UHGV virus genome: UHGV-2140017
Length of the DNA: 24,660 nt
DNA from: a virus
Reading direction: 5' to 3' (one strand)
In this document: in pieces, positions 1 to 7,536 of the stretch
Numbering within the stretch: position 1 is the stretch's first letter
Layout: every line of letters starts with the position of its first letter
Program-made: the position numbers and the translations under genes
The notes under the pieces: model-generated
The model's input: the letters and a program-made list of their open reading frames with translations, nothing else
Database searches by the model: none
What the model was told of the DNA's origin: nothing

Positions 1-333
1 TGCCTCCCGGTAAGTCGCCGCCAGTCCACAGACGACTCGCAATGCGCAAAAAAACATATCAGACTGGCAATGCCCCTCCGCATAGGGGGATTCACCACAC
101 GGATAATTTAGGATGTAGTCATAGGCGGCGTCAATAACTGACACTCTGTCAAAGGCATCATTACGATGCCTTTTGCACAGTGCTAATCACTGGATCTAAT
201 AAGGGGCCAGAGCAAAGCGATTACCCCGGCTACCAGCACGCCATCAGCCAGGATTGACATCATTTGCTGGTGAAGTCGATAGCAACCACCAGAAACAAAA
301 GCACCCCGGCTGCGGCCCAGCGAAGTTTACCGA

Positions 334-759
334 TCACAGGTACTGGTCCAGAGGAAGTTGCAGAGCCTGGGCAATTTTCTTCAGCTGTTTCTCTTCTTCT
401 TCCCCGATGCCGTCGTTATCAGCTACATCAAGACACAGGCAAAGAACATCGACAGCGTCATCCGTCCCGGCAACGTCAGCCAGTTCGCGCAACGCCTGAG
501 CGTTGGCTGAACGTGGTGATGCTTCATAGCGAGCGCGAATATTCGAACTCATCTGGGCAATTTCACCAGCAAATGGCGCAAATGCAGGGAGGGCCGAAAT
601 AGTCTTCTCAAGCACTGCAATCTCTTTTGCATCGCAGGTGCCATCGGCGTATGCAATCGAGTACGCTCCCCAGACCGTGGCTTCTACGGCATCGCGGTTT
701 TCCATTTTTTTCACTTCAACAACGGCTTTACGGGCTTTCTTTTTAAAAATACCGAACAT
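334..759 (-). CDS. TerB-like (tellurite-resistance TerB family) small protein; start taken at internal ATG (MFGIFKKK...)
   Basis: All-helical ~141 aa protein with two D-G-x-x-D/E acidic repeats (YADGTCDAKE, ADNDGIGEEEE) and an MFGIFKKK N-terminus resembling TerB (MSFFDKVK...). GAGA-type RBS before the ATG at 759. Family call is from memory. Confidence 0.5.
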   Translation of the reverse strand: MFGIFKKKARKAVVEVKKMENRDAVEATVWGAYSIAYADGTCDAKEIAVLEKTISALPAFAPFAGEIAQMSSNIRARYEASPRSANAQALRELADVAGTDDAVDVLCLCLDVADNDGIGEEEEKQLKKIAQALQLPLDQYL

Positions 760-890
760 AATTACGTCTCTCTTTAGTGGTGAGCCAACGCTCAGGGATG
801 GTAACCACAAGGCGACGTAATACCGTCCCTCCTGGCTCACCCTGAAAAGTTGTGGTTTTGATTTTTCCGCCGAGCGAGGCGGCTATGAGC

Positions 891-1391
891 TTAAATAGAT
901 GAAAAATCACCATGGTACTGCCTGGAAGCAGCTACATACGCCCTGTGCGCTTCTTCTTTAGTGTGGAAGCGACCAAGTCGAATTTTTTTCTTTGCAATAC
1001 TTATTTGCGCAATCCATTTTTTTCTATTGCGGGGGGAATCGTTGAAATAGACCCCTTTAAGTCCAGCTGCGTTATTGCTGTGTATCCGTCGATTGCGAGT
1101 GTTCTGGTTTTGTGTGCAGAGCCTGAGATTTGTAATACGGTTATTCAACTTGTCGCCATCAATATGATCAACAACAAGGGTTGACGGAATTTCACCGTAT
1201 TTCAAGACACAAATTATTCGGTGCACACGTATATTCTTTCCATTGAAGAATACCCTTAAATACCCAGTATCAGTCTTGACGCCAAGAGTGTCGCCAGGAC
1301 TTTTACTCCCAAAAGGTGACTTGCAATAAAGGATGCCCGTAGTTTCATCGTATGAAAAAAAGGTCCTAACCGTTTCAAGAGATAGATTCAT
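891..1391 (-). CDS. HNH homing endonuclease with C-terminal AP2-type DNA-binding domain
   Basis: HNH_3-type motif VDHIDGDKLNNRITNLRLCTQNQN followed by an AP2-like segment GVYFNDSPRNRKKWIAQI...GRFHTKEEAHRAY. AGGAG RBS 5-6 nt before the ATG. Gene is visibly AT-richer than its neighbours. Confidence 0.8.
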   Translation of the reverse strand: MNLSLETVRTFFSYDETTGILYCKSPFGSKSPGDTLGVKTDTGYLRVFFNGKNIRVHRIICVLKYGEIPSTLVVDHIDGDKLNNRITNLRLCTQNQNTRNRRIHSNNAAGLKGVYFNDSPRNRKKWIAQISIAKKKIRLGRFHTKEEAHRAYVAASRQYHGDFSSI

Positions 1392-1447
1392 GCCTACTCC
1401 TGGTAAGGGTCCTGTGGTTAAATAACGCCGAGCGTGGCGCAGATACG

Positions 1448-1470
1448 AAAAAGGCCCGCGAATGCGAGCC
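1448..1470 (-). terminator. Intrinsic terminator (minus strand) between the methyltransferase and the HNH gene
   Basis: Minus-strand hairpin GGCTCGC-ATTC-GCGGGCC (one G-U wobble) followed by TTTTTCGT. Coordinates approximate. Confidence 0.45.
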
Positions 1471-1667
1471 TGATGGATCCGCTTACTGATACGGAGCTAC
1501 CAACCTAAGTTGTCGCAGATTCAAATTGTGGCCCTGCCTTTAAGTCACTTTGCGCACAGCTGGGACATGTAGTTTTCGCATCGTGATCGGGATTCGCTTC
1601 AGACGCTGGCCCCGCAGCCATTTAAGTGCCGGTTACGTTTATCCGGCGGCTTACGCCCGGTTAAGCC

Positions 1668-2747
1668 CTAAGGTAAGGGATTTGGCTGTGGTGGCTGGTG
1701 CTCCAGCAAATTACGCATTTCACTGACCGTCTGTTCAAATCTCCCGGTTTCCAGTTCGACACCTAGTCCCCTTCGCCCGAGAAGAGCAGCCTGTTTGAGC
1801 GTTGAACCTGATCCAAAAAAGAAATCAGCTACAACATCACCCGGGCGGCTACTCGCTGTGATTATCTGCTCCAGCATATCCGCAGGCTTTTCACATGGGT
1901 GTTTACCTGGATAAAACTGAACAGGCTTATGAGTCCAGACGTCGGTATATGGCACTGTGACCGATACGCTGAATGGTCGCCGTAAACGGTAATACTCCTG
2001 CTGGAGTTCAGAATATTTTCTGCTCAACGATTGCCAGGTAGCGACAAGCTGGTGGTGAGGTTTTCCCAGTTCGTTGCGTGAGTGCTTATCCATGGCGATT
2101 TTTTGAAACAGAGCCTGCAACTTCAAATAATCGGCTTCATTCGGCAGTTGCCACTGGCTAAGGCCAAACCAGTGGGAAACCATATTTTTCTTACCTGTGG
2201 CTTCTGCAATCTGGGCCGACGTCACGCCAAGAGATTCCCGTGCATCACGGAAGTAAGAAATTAAAGGCGTCATGACGTGTTGCTTTAACTCATTACACTT
2301 TGCGGCATATCCATCGTCTTTGGGCCTGTATGGCCCCTGATAATGGTCGGCAAAAATGATACGCTCAGTGGCCGGGAAATAAGCGCGTAAGCTCTCCTTA
2401 TTGCAGCCGTTCCATCGCCCTGATGGCTTAGCCCAGATGATATGGTTGAGCAGGTTAAACCGCTCTCTCACCAACAGCTCAATATCCGCTGCCAGGCGGT
2501 GCCCACAGAACAGATACATGCTGCCGGCAGGTTTTAACACTCGCCAGAACTGTGCCAGACAGCTATCCAGCCAACGTAAATAGTCCTCGTCCCCCTTCCA
2601 TTGGTTATCCCAGCCGTTTGGCTTCACCTTAAAATAAGGCGGATCGGTAACAATAAGATCAATGGAGTTATCGGGTAGCGATGGGAGGTATTGCAGGCAA
2701 TCAGCATTGATTAATTCAATACTGGATATTTTTACAGTATTTTTCAT
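1668..2747 (-). CDS. Beta-class DNA methyltransferase (PF01555-like), predicted N6-adenine specific
   Basis: Motif IV DLIVTDPPY near the N-terminus and motif I DFFFGSGSTLKQAALLGRRGLGVELE near the C-terminus; IV-before-I order is the beta class and DPPY favours N6-adenine. ATG start. Confidence 0.85.
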   Translation of the reverse strand: MKNTVKISSIELINADCLQYLPSLPDNSIDLIVTDPPYFKVKPNGWDNQWKGDEDYLRWLDSCLAQFWRVLKPAGSMYLFCGHRLAADIELLVRERFNLLNHIIWAKPSGRWNGCNKESLRAYFPATERIIFADHYQGPYRPKDDGYAAKCNELKQHVMTPLISYFRDARESLGVTSAQIAEATGKKNMVSHWFGLSQWQLPNEADYLKLQALFQKIAMDKHSRNELGKPHHQLVATWQSLSRKYSELQQEYYRLRRPFSVSVTVPYTDVWTHKPVQFYPGKHPCEKPADMLEQIITASSRPGDVVADFFFGSGSTLKQAALLGRRGLGVELETGRFEQTVSEMRNLLEHQPPQPNPLP

Positions 2748-2889
2748 AGATCAGTAAGCGTAACTCTGATAGGCTCACTTTGCTTTTGCGCTAAAGCAGT
2801 GGGCCGTGGTTAGCTTGTGACCTGAAAGCATGAGCTGATGGCTGGTCGGGTGCTACAACACCCACCAGCCGCCCATTTTCACAGCAAAA

Positions 2890-2911
2890 GCCCCCATTAC
2901 TGGGGGCGCTT
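2890..2911 (-). terminator. Possible weak intrinsic terminator (minus strand) overlapping the stop of the small HTH gene
   Basis: GCCCCC-AGTAAT-GGGGGC hairpin on the minus strand followed by CTTTTGCTG (short U-tract). Confidence 0.3.
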
Positions 2912-3088
2912 ATAACATCCGAACTGATAATCAGATAACCCCGCCATTACCAGCTGCGTAAGTATGAGCTGGCAGCGTTCGCGGCTCAGGTGAGTATTCT
3001 GAGCAATCTCCCCAGCCGTAGCCGGTTTGTCACTTAACTCATCAAAAACAGCCTTGGCTGTTTCCGTCATATCTTGCTGATTTAGCAT
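2897..3088 (-). CDS. Small winged-helix/HTH-like protein (~63 aa), first gene downstream of the Q1 leader
   Basis: Start chosen at internal ATG (MLNQQDMTETAK...) because GAGGT lies ~7 nt upstream; the longer 83-aa ORF has no RBS. Segment AGEIAQNTHLSRERCQLILTQLVMAGL looks like a recognition helix. Confidence 0.4.
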   Translation of the reverse strand: MLNQQDMTETAKAVFDELSDKPATAGEIAQNTHLSRERCQLILTQLVMAGLSDYQFGCYKRPQ

Positions 3089-3190
3089 GTCTTTTACCTC
3101 AAATAAGTGGTGTGACATACAGATAACTCTGGTGACGGTATCCAGCAAGAACTAATTGAAAGAGAAGAAGATTTTATCGATTTTAGCCCA

Positions 3191-3216
3191 TAAAAAAACC
3201 CGCTCGCTGGCGGGTT
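3191..3216 (-). terminator. tR'-like intrinsic terminator ending a short 6S-like leader transcript downstream of Q1
   Basis: Minus-strand CCCGC-CAGCGA-GCGGG hairpin followed by TTTTTTTAT, about 30-40 nt after the predicted start site. Confidence 0.6.
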
Positions 3217-3238
3217 AATCAACGTTGAACATACAAAG

Positions 3239-3283
3239 CCCATCGTTATAGATAAAATTACACAAAAGCGGCAACTTTGCAAG
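3239..3283 (-). promoter_or_regulatory. PR'-like late promoter with putative qut region
   Basis: Minus strand reads TTGCAA-N16-TAATTT followed by ...AACGATGGG, close to my recollection of lambda PR' (TTGACT-N17-TAAATT...AACGATGGG). Lies between Q1 stop and the terminator above. Confidence 0.5.
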
Positions 3284-3298
3284 TAACGTGTCGCTAAA

Positions 3299-4129
3299 TT
3301 ATGCGATATTTATCAAATCAGACACATTTGTCACACGTTTAAGCTGTGAGTCGGTATAACTCTCTTCCTCAAAGCATTTTGTAACAAGACTTTCATAGAA
3401 AGGTTTCCAGCTGTATCGCCAGGTTCGTTCTGGCAGACCAGGCAGCTCAGAGAGCATACCCCTGTAAGCATTTGAAGACTTAGGACGACTATAACCGCGG
3501 CCTTCACAACGTTTACACACTTTGTAGACAGGCACTCCCTGCAGCTCTGACTCTTTACGGTCCAGGGTTTTTCCCGTACCGCCACACTGGCATCGCTTGC
3601 TGATTTTCCCGGTGCCGCCACATTTGAAGCAAAGAACATGGTCAACCTCTTCCACCTGACGTTTTACTTCAAAATCCGAAGGTGACTGCCTGAGGTCTTT
3701 TGCCCATTGCGGTAATCTCATTGTGTAGTGGCTTTTTTCCACCATTGAGGTTTTTTTTATGAAGCCTGAACCAGAACACTTCCTGCAATCTACGCTGTCA
3801 GCTGCAGACGAGGCATAGTCGTTATAAGCGAACCGAGCTATTATCAGCATACACAGAGGGAACTTCTTCCCTGCTGCTTTTCTTATTGATCTAGGCGCTT
3901 TTGATTTTGCATATTCAGCCAACCAACTGACGGATGCCTTTCTGTCGTGTTCGCTGATTCCAGCTTTACCCAAAAACATTGACAGGCCTATTCCTGCCTC
4001 TGCCTGGGTCATCCCCAGTGCGGCCATTACATCTGTCACAGTGAGTTGCTCGCTGGCGGTTGCACGACCGCTATCGGAAATATGCATTCCTTTGGGCGCG
4101 AAAAATTTGGGAATTGATTCAATATTCAT
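3299..4129 (-). CDS. Q: Lambda-type antitermination protein Q (late gene regulator)
   Basis: Colinear with lambda Q from memory: N-terminal SDSGRATASEQLTVTDVMAALGM, central FAYNDYASSAADSVDCRKCSGSG, C-terminal CKRCEGRGYSRPKSSNAYR and PERTWRYSWKPFYESLVTKCFEEES. Start at ATG 4129 (MNIES) has GGAG upstream; the ORF-track start at 4147 is GTG. Confidence 0.85.
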   Translation of the reverse strand: MNIESIPKFFAPKGMHISDSGRATASEQLTVTDVMAALGMTQAEAGIGLSMFLGKAGISEHDRKASVSWLAEYAKSKAPRSIRKAAGKKFPLCMLIIARFAYNDYASSAADSVDCRKCSGSGFIKKTSMVEKSHYTMRLPQWAKDLRQSPSDFEVKRQVEEVDHVLCFKCGGTGKISKRCQCGGTGKTLDRKESELQGVPVYKVCKRCEGRGYSRPKSSNAYRGMLSELPGLPERTWRYSWKPFYESLVTKCFEEESYTDSQLKRVTNVSDLINIA

Positions 4130-4147
4130 GCTCAGTACTCCATACAC

Positions 4148-5203
4148 TCAAGCTTTTACAATGACGCCGATACCCATTACCCGATCCAGAAAACGAGCCC
4201 ACAGCTCTAACTGAGTGCCATATTTCTTTTCGAACTCTGATGTATTGGCGTGTAATTCATCGTGATGCACTCTGCACAGTGGTATCACGAAGAGATCATG
4301 GGCCTTGGTGCCAGTTCCCCCCAGACCATTCCCTATTATATGGTGTGGATCGTCTGATGGTTGCCTGCAGCATTCACATGGCTGAGTTTTAACCCAACGA
4401 GTGTAAACTTCGCAGGTCCAGCGCCGGCGCTTTGGGCGGCGCATAAATGATTCGGGGCTGTTCGGATCGACACTAAGCCTCAGAATGGGTTCACTTTCAA
4501 TCTGAGGTTGCTCAATGAGTACGCTGGCGTCCGCCAGGTCTATGCCCTCAACAAGATCCTGAAGGATTTCACCTGCAGCAAATGACGGGACAATATCGCT
4601 ATCCTTATAAACGGACAGGAAAGGTTCATCAGGCAGTCTTAAGGCCTGTTGCGCCATCGTCTCGGTTATTGCGTCAGCAATGCCGGATTTCACAGCCCAC
4701 CAGCAGAGCTCCGCCATCGATAATTCGCGCTCCTTATTGTATCCAAGGCTGATCAGCACCCTTTCAATCACCCACTGAACCAGATTCTGATAAGCCAGCT
4801 CTGACAACATTTCGGTGGTCTGCTCACGTAATTCATTATCACAATGCCAGCAGACAACCATGGCGCCAGGCGGATGCCGCATAGTCACTAATTCATGGTG
4901 GTGATAGTGGGAATGCGGGTACTGGCACTCTCTGACATGTCGTAGAAGCCAGGCCTCAAGAGCGTTAATTCCACCAGCTGCGTTAATAACCCTCTCATCC
5001 CTCATGAAAAAACGCAGAATGTCCATTTCTGCAAGGGGCTGACGTGCATCGGCGATCCGCCCAGTGGGCAGTGTTTTCATCTTCTCTGGCTGACGCTCTA
5101 TCAGGACACGGCCGCCGGTAAAGAGAGACATCAATTCGCGGCCTGGTTTGAAAAGAACAACGCCCAGGCGCGGCACAATTTCCGGAGTAAGCAATGCTCG
5201 CAC
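4148..5203 (-). CDS. DUF968-family prophage protein (HNH-like zinc-binding C-terminus)
   Basis: C-terminal WVKTQPCECCRQPSDDPHHIIGNGLGGTGTKAHDLFVIPLCRVHHDELH matches my recollection of DUF968 proteins (YdfU-like). GTG start with a G-rich RBS. Confidence 0.55.
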   Translation of the reverse strand: MRALLTPEIVPRLGVVLFKPGRELMSLFTGGRVLIERQPEKMKTLPTGRIADARQPLAEMDILRFFMRDERVINAAGGINALEAWLLRHVRECQYPHSHYHHHELVTMRHPPGAMVVCWHCDNELREQTTEMLSELAYQNLVQWVIERVLISLGYNKERELSMAELCWWAVKSGIADAITETMAQQALRLPDEPFLSVYKDSDIVPSFAAGEILQDLVEGIDLADASVLIEQPQIESEPILRLSVDPNSPESFMRRPKRRRWTCEVYTRWVKTQPCECCRQPSDDPHHIIGNGLGGTGTKAHDLFVIPLCRVHHDELHANTSEFEKKYGTQLELWARFLDRVMGIGVIVKA

Positions 5204-5211
5204 AATCCCCC

Positions 5212-5736
5212 CTAAACAGTCAGATCTTTAAGCTTCTGCACGGCTTTCCCAACTTCAGCCATAGCATCTACGAACTCGTCAAACTTCCTGCTGGCCATTC
5301 CATATGCCTGGAGAATCTCCAACTTCAAGGGATCGAGCTGTTTCTTAATTTCTGCACGATCCCCGGCTTTTTTCTCCGCTTCCTCTGCCGCTTTGATCAA
5401 GGCGTCAGCCTGTTTACGTAATGCTTCCGGAGTTACTTCGAGTTGTTTATTCATTTTGCATTCCATCGTCGGCTGAGGAGGTGTCATTACAGGCGCCACA
5501 GATTTGTGACCATATTTCGGGTGGTGCAAGGTAGTAGACCTTCCATCATCTATCACGCAGAGCATCCCGCTTTCCCGGATTATTTCGATCAGGGTCTCTT
5601 TGTCTTTGCGATTGAGCCCACTGTATGCCGCCACTTTGTGCGTCAGGTGGGTTAGCGTTGCGCCTTCTGGTTGCCTCTCTACAAAACGCTTTACCCTGGA
5701 AAGCACTGGTTGCAGGTGTGGGGGAGTTATTCTCAT
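5212..5736 (-). CDS. Hypothetical protein: N-terminal winged-helix-like region, C-terminal coiled coil
   Basis: Compact spacing to both neighbours; AAGGTG RBS before ATG 5736 (MRITPP...). C-terminal 70 aa is K/E/A-rich heptad-like. No family recognised. Confidence 0.45.
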   Translation of the reverse strand: MRITPPHLQPVLSRVKRFVERQPEGATLTHLTHKVAAYSGLNRKDKETLIEIIRESGMLCVIDDGRSTTLHHPKYGHKSVAPVMTPPQPTMECKMNKQLEVTPEALRKQADALIKAAEEAEKKAGDRAEIKKQLDPLKLEILQAYGMASRKFDEFVDAMAEVGKAVQKLKDLTV

Positions 5737-5745
5737 GTTCACACC

Positions 5746-6576
5746 TTACTGCGTGACAACGCCAATGAGCTTTAAAAGCTCAGGAAATTTCGATTCGAAG
5801 AAGTGCGGTTGCGTCTCACGTGGATTTGCCGGGCTGGTGATGTTTTTACCGTACAGACAACCTTTTGCCGTAACAGACCAGAATCTTTTCACGCCATTGA
5901 TACCCGTTCGGCTGCGGCGCTCCTTCTGCTCGACTATGCCGTGACCAGCCATAAGGTGATAAGCCTGGTTCGCGGTCATTCTGATGTTGTTAGCTTTAAG
6001 CAAAGCGCTAAGAGACAGCGTTGGTCTGCTGGAACCATCCTGCGCGCCAGCTGGTGCATCAATGGAATATGAAGGCATTAAATCAGGCAGCCCTGCTACC
6101 TGCTGAAGCTTCTGATATGCCCCGAGCTTTGACGAATTAGAGAGATTGAGCATTTTGGCTGCAGATTCCAGGAGGATTATGCCAGCTTGAATACGATCGG
6201 TATTGACGGTTGCAGCCCCAGCAGTGTGGAGCGCGTCAAACGTTCTGATGACCTTCAGATTAAAAACAGCGCTGATCCACATCGCGTAGGCATACACCAA
6301 CTCACGGCAAACATAGGTACCTTGCTCATTTCCGCCGCGGATGACACTTACAGGTTCTGAAATATCCGAGTTGCTATTTTGCAACTCGCCTATCAATTGC
6401 GCAGTTTGTTCGTTGCGGAGCCAGAATGCAGGCTTATGGCGGTCAAGGGAGCCGGAAGCACGATGGAGATCGTTTAGGCAATAACGACCAAGGACATCAC
6501 GACGAACAGAAATACCATCAATAACAAAAAAAGTGTGATTATTGGATGCAGCAGCACCCATGACGTGGTTAGTCAT
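5746..6576 (-). CDS. KilA-N domain protein with ~170 aa C-terminal extension
   Basis: N-terminal FFVIDGISVRRDVLGRYCLNDLHRASG...VIRGGNEQGTYVCRELVYAYAMWIS fits KilA-N. Start at ATG 6576 (MTNHV) preceded by GGAG. Confidence 0.65.
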   Translation of the reverse strand: MTNHVMGAAASNNHTFFVIDGISVRRDVLGRYCLNDLHRASGSLDRHKPAFWLRNEQTAQLIGELQNSNSDISEPVSVIRGGNEQGTYVCRELVYAYAMWISAVFNLKVIRTFDALHTAGAATVNTDRIQAGIILLESAAKMLNLSNSSKLGAYQKLQQVAGLPDLMPSYSIDAPAGAQDGSSRPTLSLSALLKANNIRMTANQAYHLMAGHGIVEQKERRSRTGINGVKRFWSVTAKGCLYGKNITSPANPRETQPHFFESKFPELLKLIGVVTQ

Positions 6577-6664
6577 AGCTTTCTCCATACATTTTTATGT
6601 GACGAAGGGCCTGCACGCCCGTTTCGTTTGCACTCTTTGACATTACTGCCATATCGGCGAACTT

Positions 6665-7063
6665 TCAACCCACAGCTGTACATGTATCCACCACTTTTTG
6701 ATAGCAGACTATGGTGATTTCTACCCTACCTCCTTCGACGATTTCACCCCATTCAATAGCCATACGCTTAACCTGGTTGTCGTCCTCCCAGATACCGGCA
6801 TAAGTCAAAGCATCAAGAAGTGCCTTGTTGAAATTATCCAGGTCACGCCGGCGATAGTCTGGCGGATAGAGAATAATTTCTACCGCTGCTGGCGCGGTAG
6901 ATGGTTTTGGTATTGCACGCAGTTGCTCAATGATCGCTGACCGTACTGCATGTTTGAATTTACGGCCGGCTGCGCTGACAAGGTGTTTACCTTTTGCGGG
7001 CCCCTTATTTGGGGACCGCCAGTAGGTGTTCACGCTGGGTGGGAATGGAAGAATAAATTTCAT
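6665..7063 (-). CDS. rusA: Crossover junction endodeoxyribonuclease RusA (Holliday junction resolvase)
   Basis: PFPPSVNTYW and RRRDLDNFNKALLDALT motifs align with E. coli RusA (PWPPSNNRYY, RRRDLDNLQKAAFDALT). ATG start overlaps the upstream stop (ATGA). Confidence 0.9.
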   Translation of the reverse strand: MKFILPFPPSVNTYWRSPNKGPAKGKHLVSAAGRKFKHAVRSAIIEQLRAIPKPSTAPAAVEIILYPPDYRRRDLDNFNKALLDALTYAGIWEDDNQVKRMAIEWGEIVEGGRVEITIVCYQKVVDTCTAVG

Positions 7064-7536
7064 TCTGCCTCCAGCACTATTTTCAACTCAAACGGAACAT
7101 CTCCTCCGCAATAGCAGAGCGGGCCAAGGTCAGACATGAGGCTCCACAGGGTCACTGACGTATAGCCATTTTCGTCTGTTATCGGGGGCGAAAAGTCCCC
7201 GAAGATCCTCGGGTGCTGGATTCGATTCTGCTCGTGTTGTTTTTCCAAATGTCTGAGGGAAACTTCATTAAGTTTCACTTTTACGATGCTGTTGAGATTG
7301 ACCGATATTTCTCTGGCCAACAGCGAAGGGGTGATACTGATACCGCGAGAAACCCCGCGGGTGATTGTGATAACACCCTTTTTCTCCAACGCCTTGAGGT
7401 GCGTTGCTGCTGCATTGGGGGACCGGCACCCCAGCATGCCGGTCAGTTCGTAAGTTGTAGGCGGAAAACCATGTTTACGCTGATATTCGATCAGGAGGTC
7501 CAGGACCTCCTGCTGCCTTAAGGTCAAGGAAGTCAT
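7060..7536 (-). CDS. LexA-N-terminal-type DNA-binding domain protein without an S24 peptidase domain
   Basis: LTLRQQEVLDLLIEYQRKHGFPPTTYELTGMLGCRSPNAAATHLKALEKKGVITITRGVSRGISI matches the LexA winged-helix domain; C-terminal ~80 aa unrecognised, no Ser/Lys dyad motifs. ATG 7536 overlaps the methyltransferase stop (ATGA). Confidence 0.6.
   Translation of the reverse strand: MTSLTLRQQEVLDLLIEYQRKHGFPPTTYELTGMLGCRSPNAAATHLKALEKKGVITITRGVSRGISITPSLLAREISVNLNSIVKVKLNEVSLRHLEKQHEQNRIQHPRIFGDFSPPITDENGYTSVTLWSLMSDLGPLCYCGGDVPFELKIVLEAE

Noticed and set aside
254-602. Plus-strand ORFs of 81 and 112 aa at the window start
   Set aside because: Antisense to the TerB-like gene; low-complexity S/R/P-rich translations with no RBS.
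891-2747. HNH endonuclease plus adjacent methyltransferase as a Type II restriction-modification pair
   Set aside because: The HNH protein has an AP2 domain typical of homing endonucleases, is AT-rich relative to the methyltransferase and is separated from it by a terminator, so independent acquisition is more likely.
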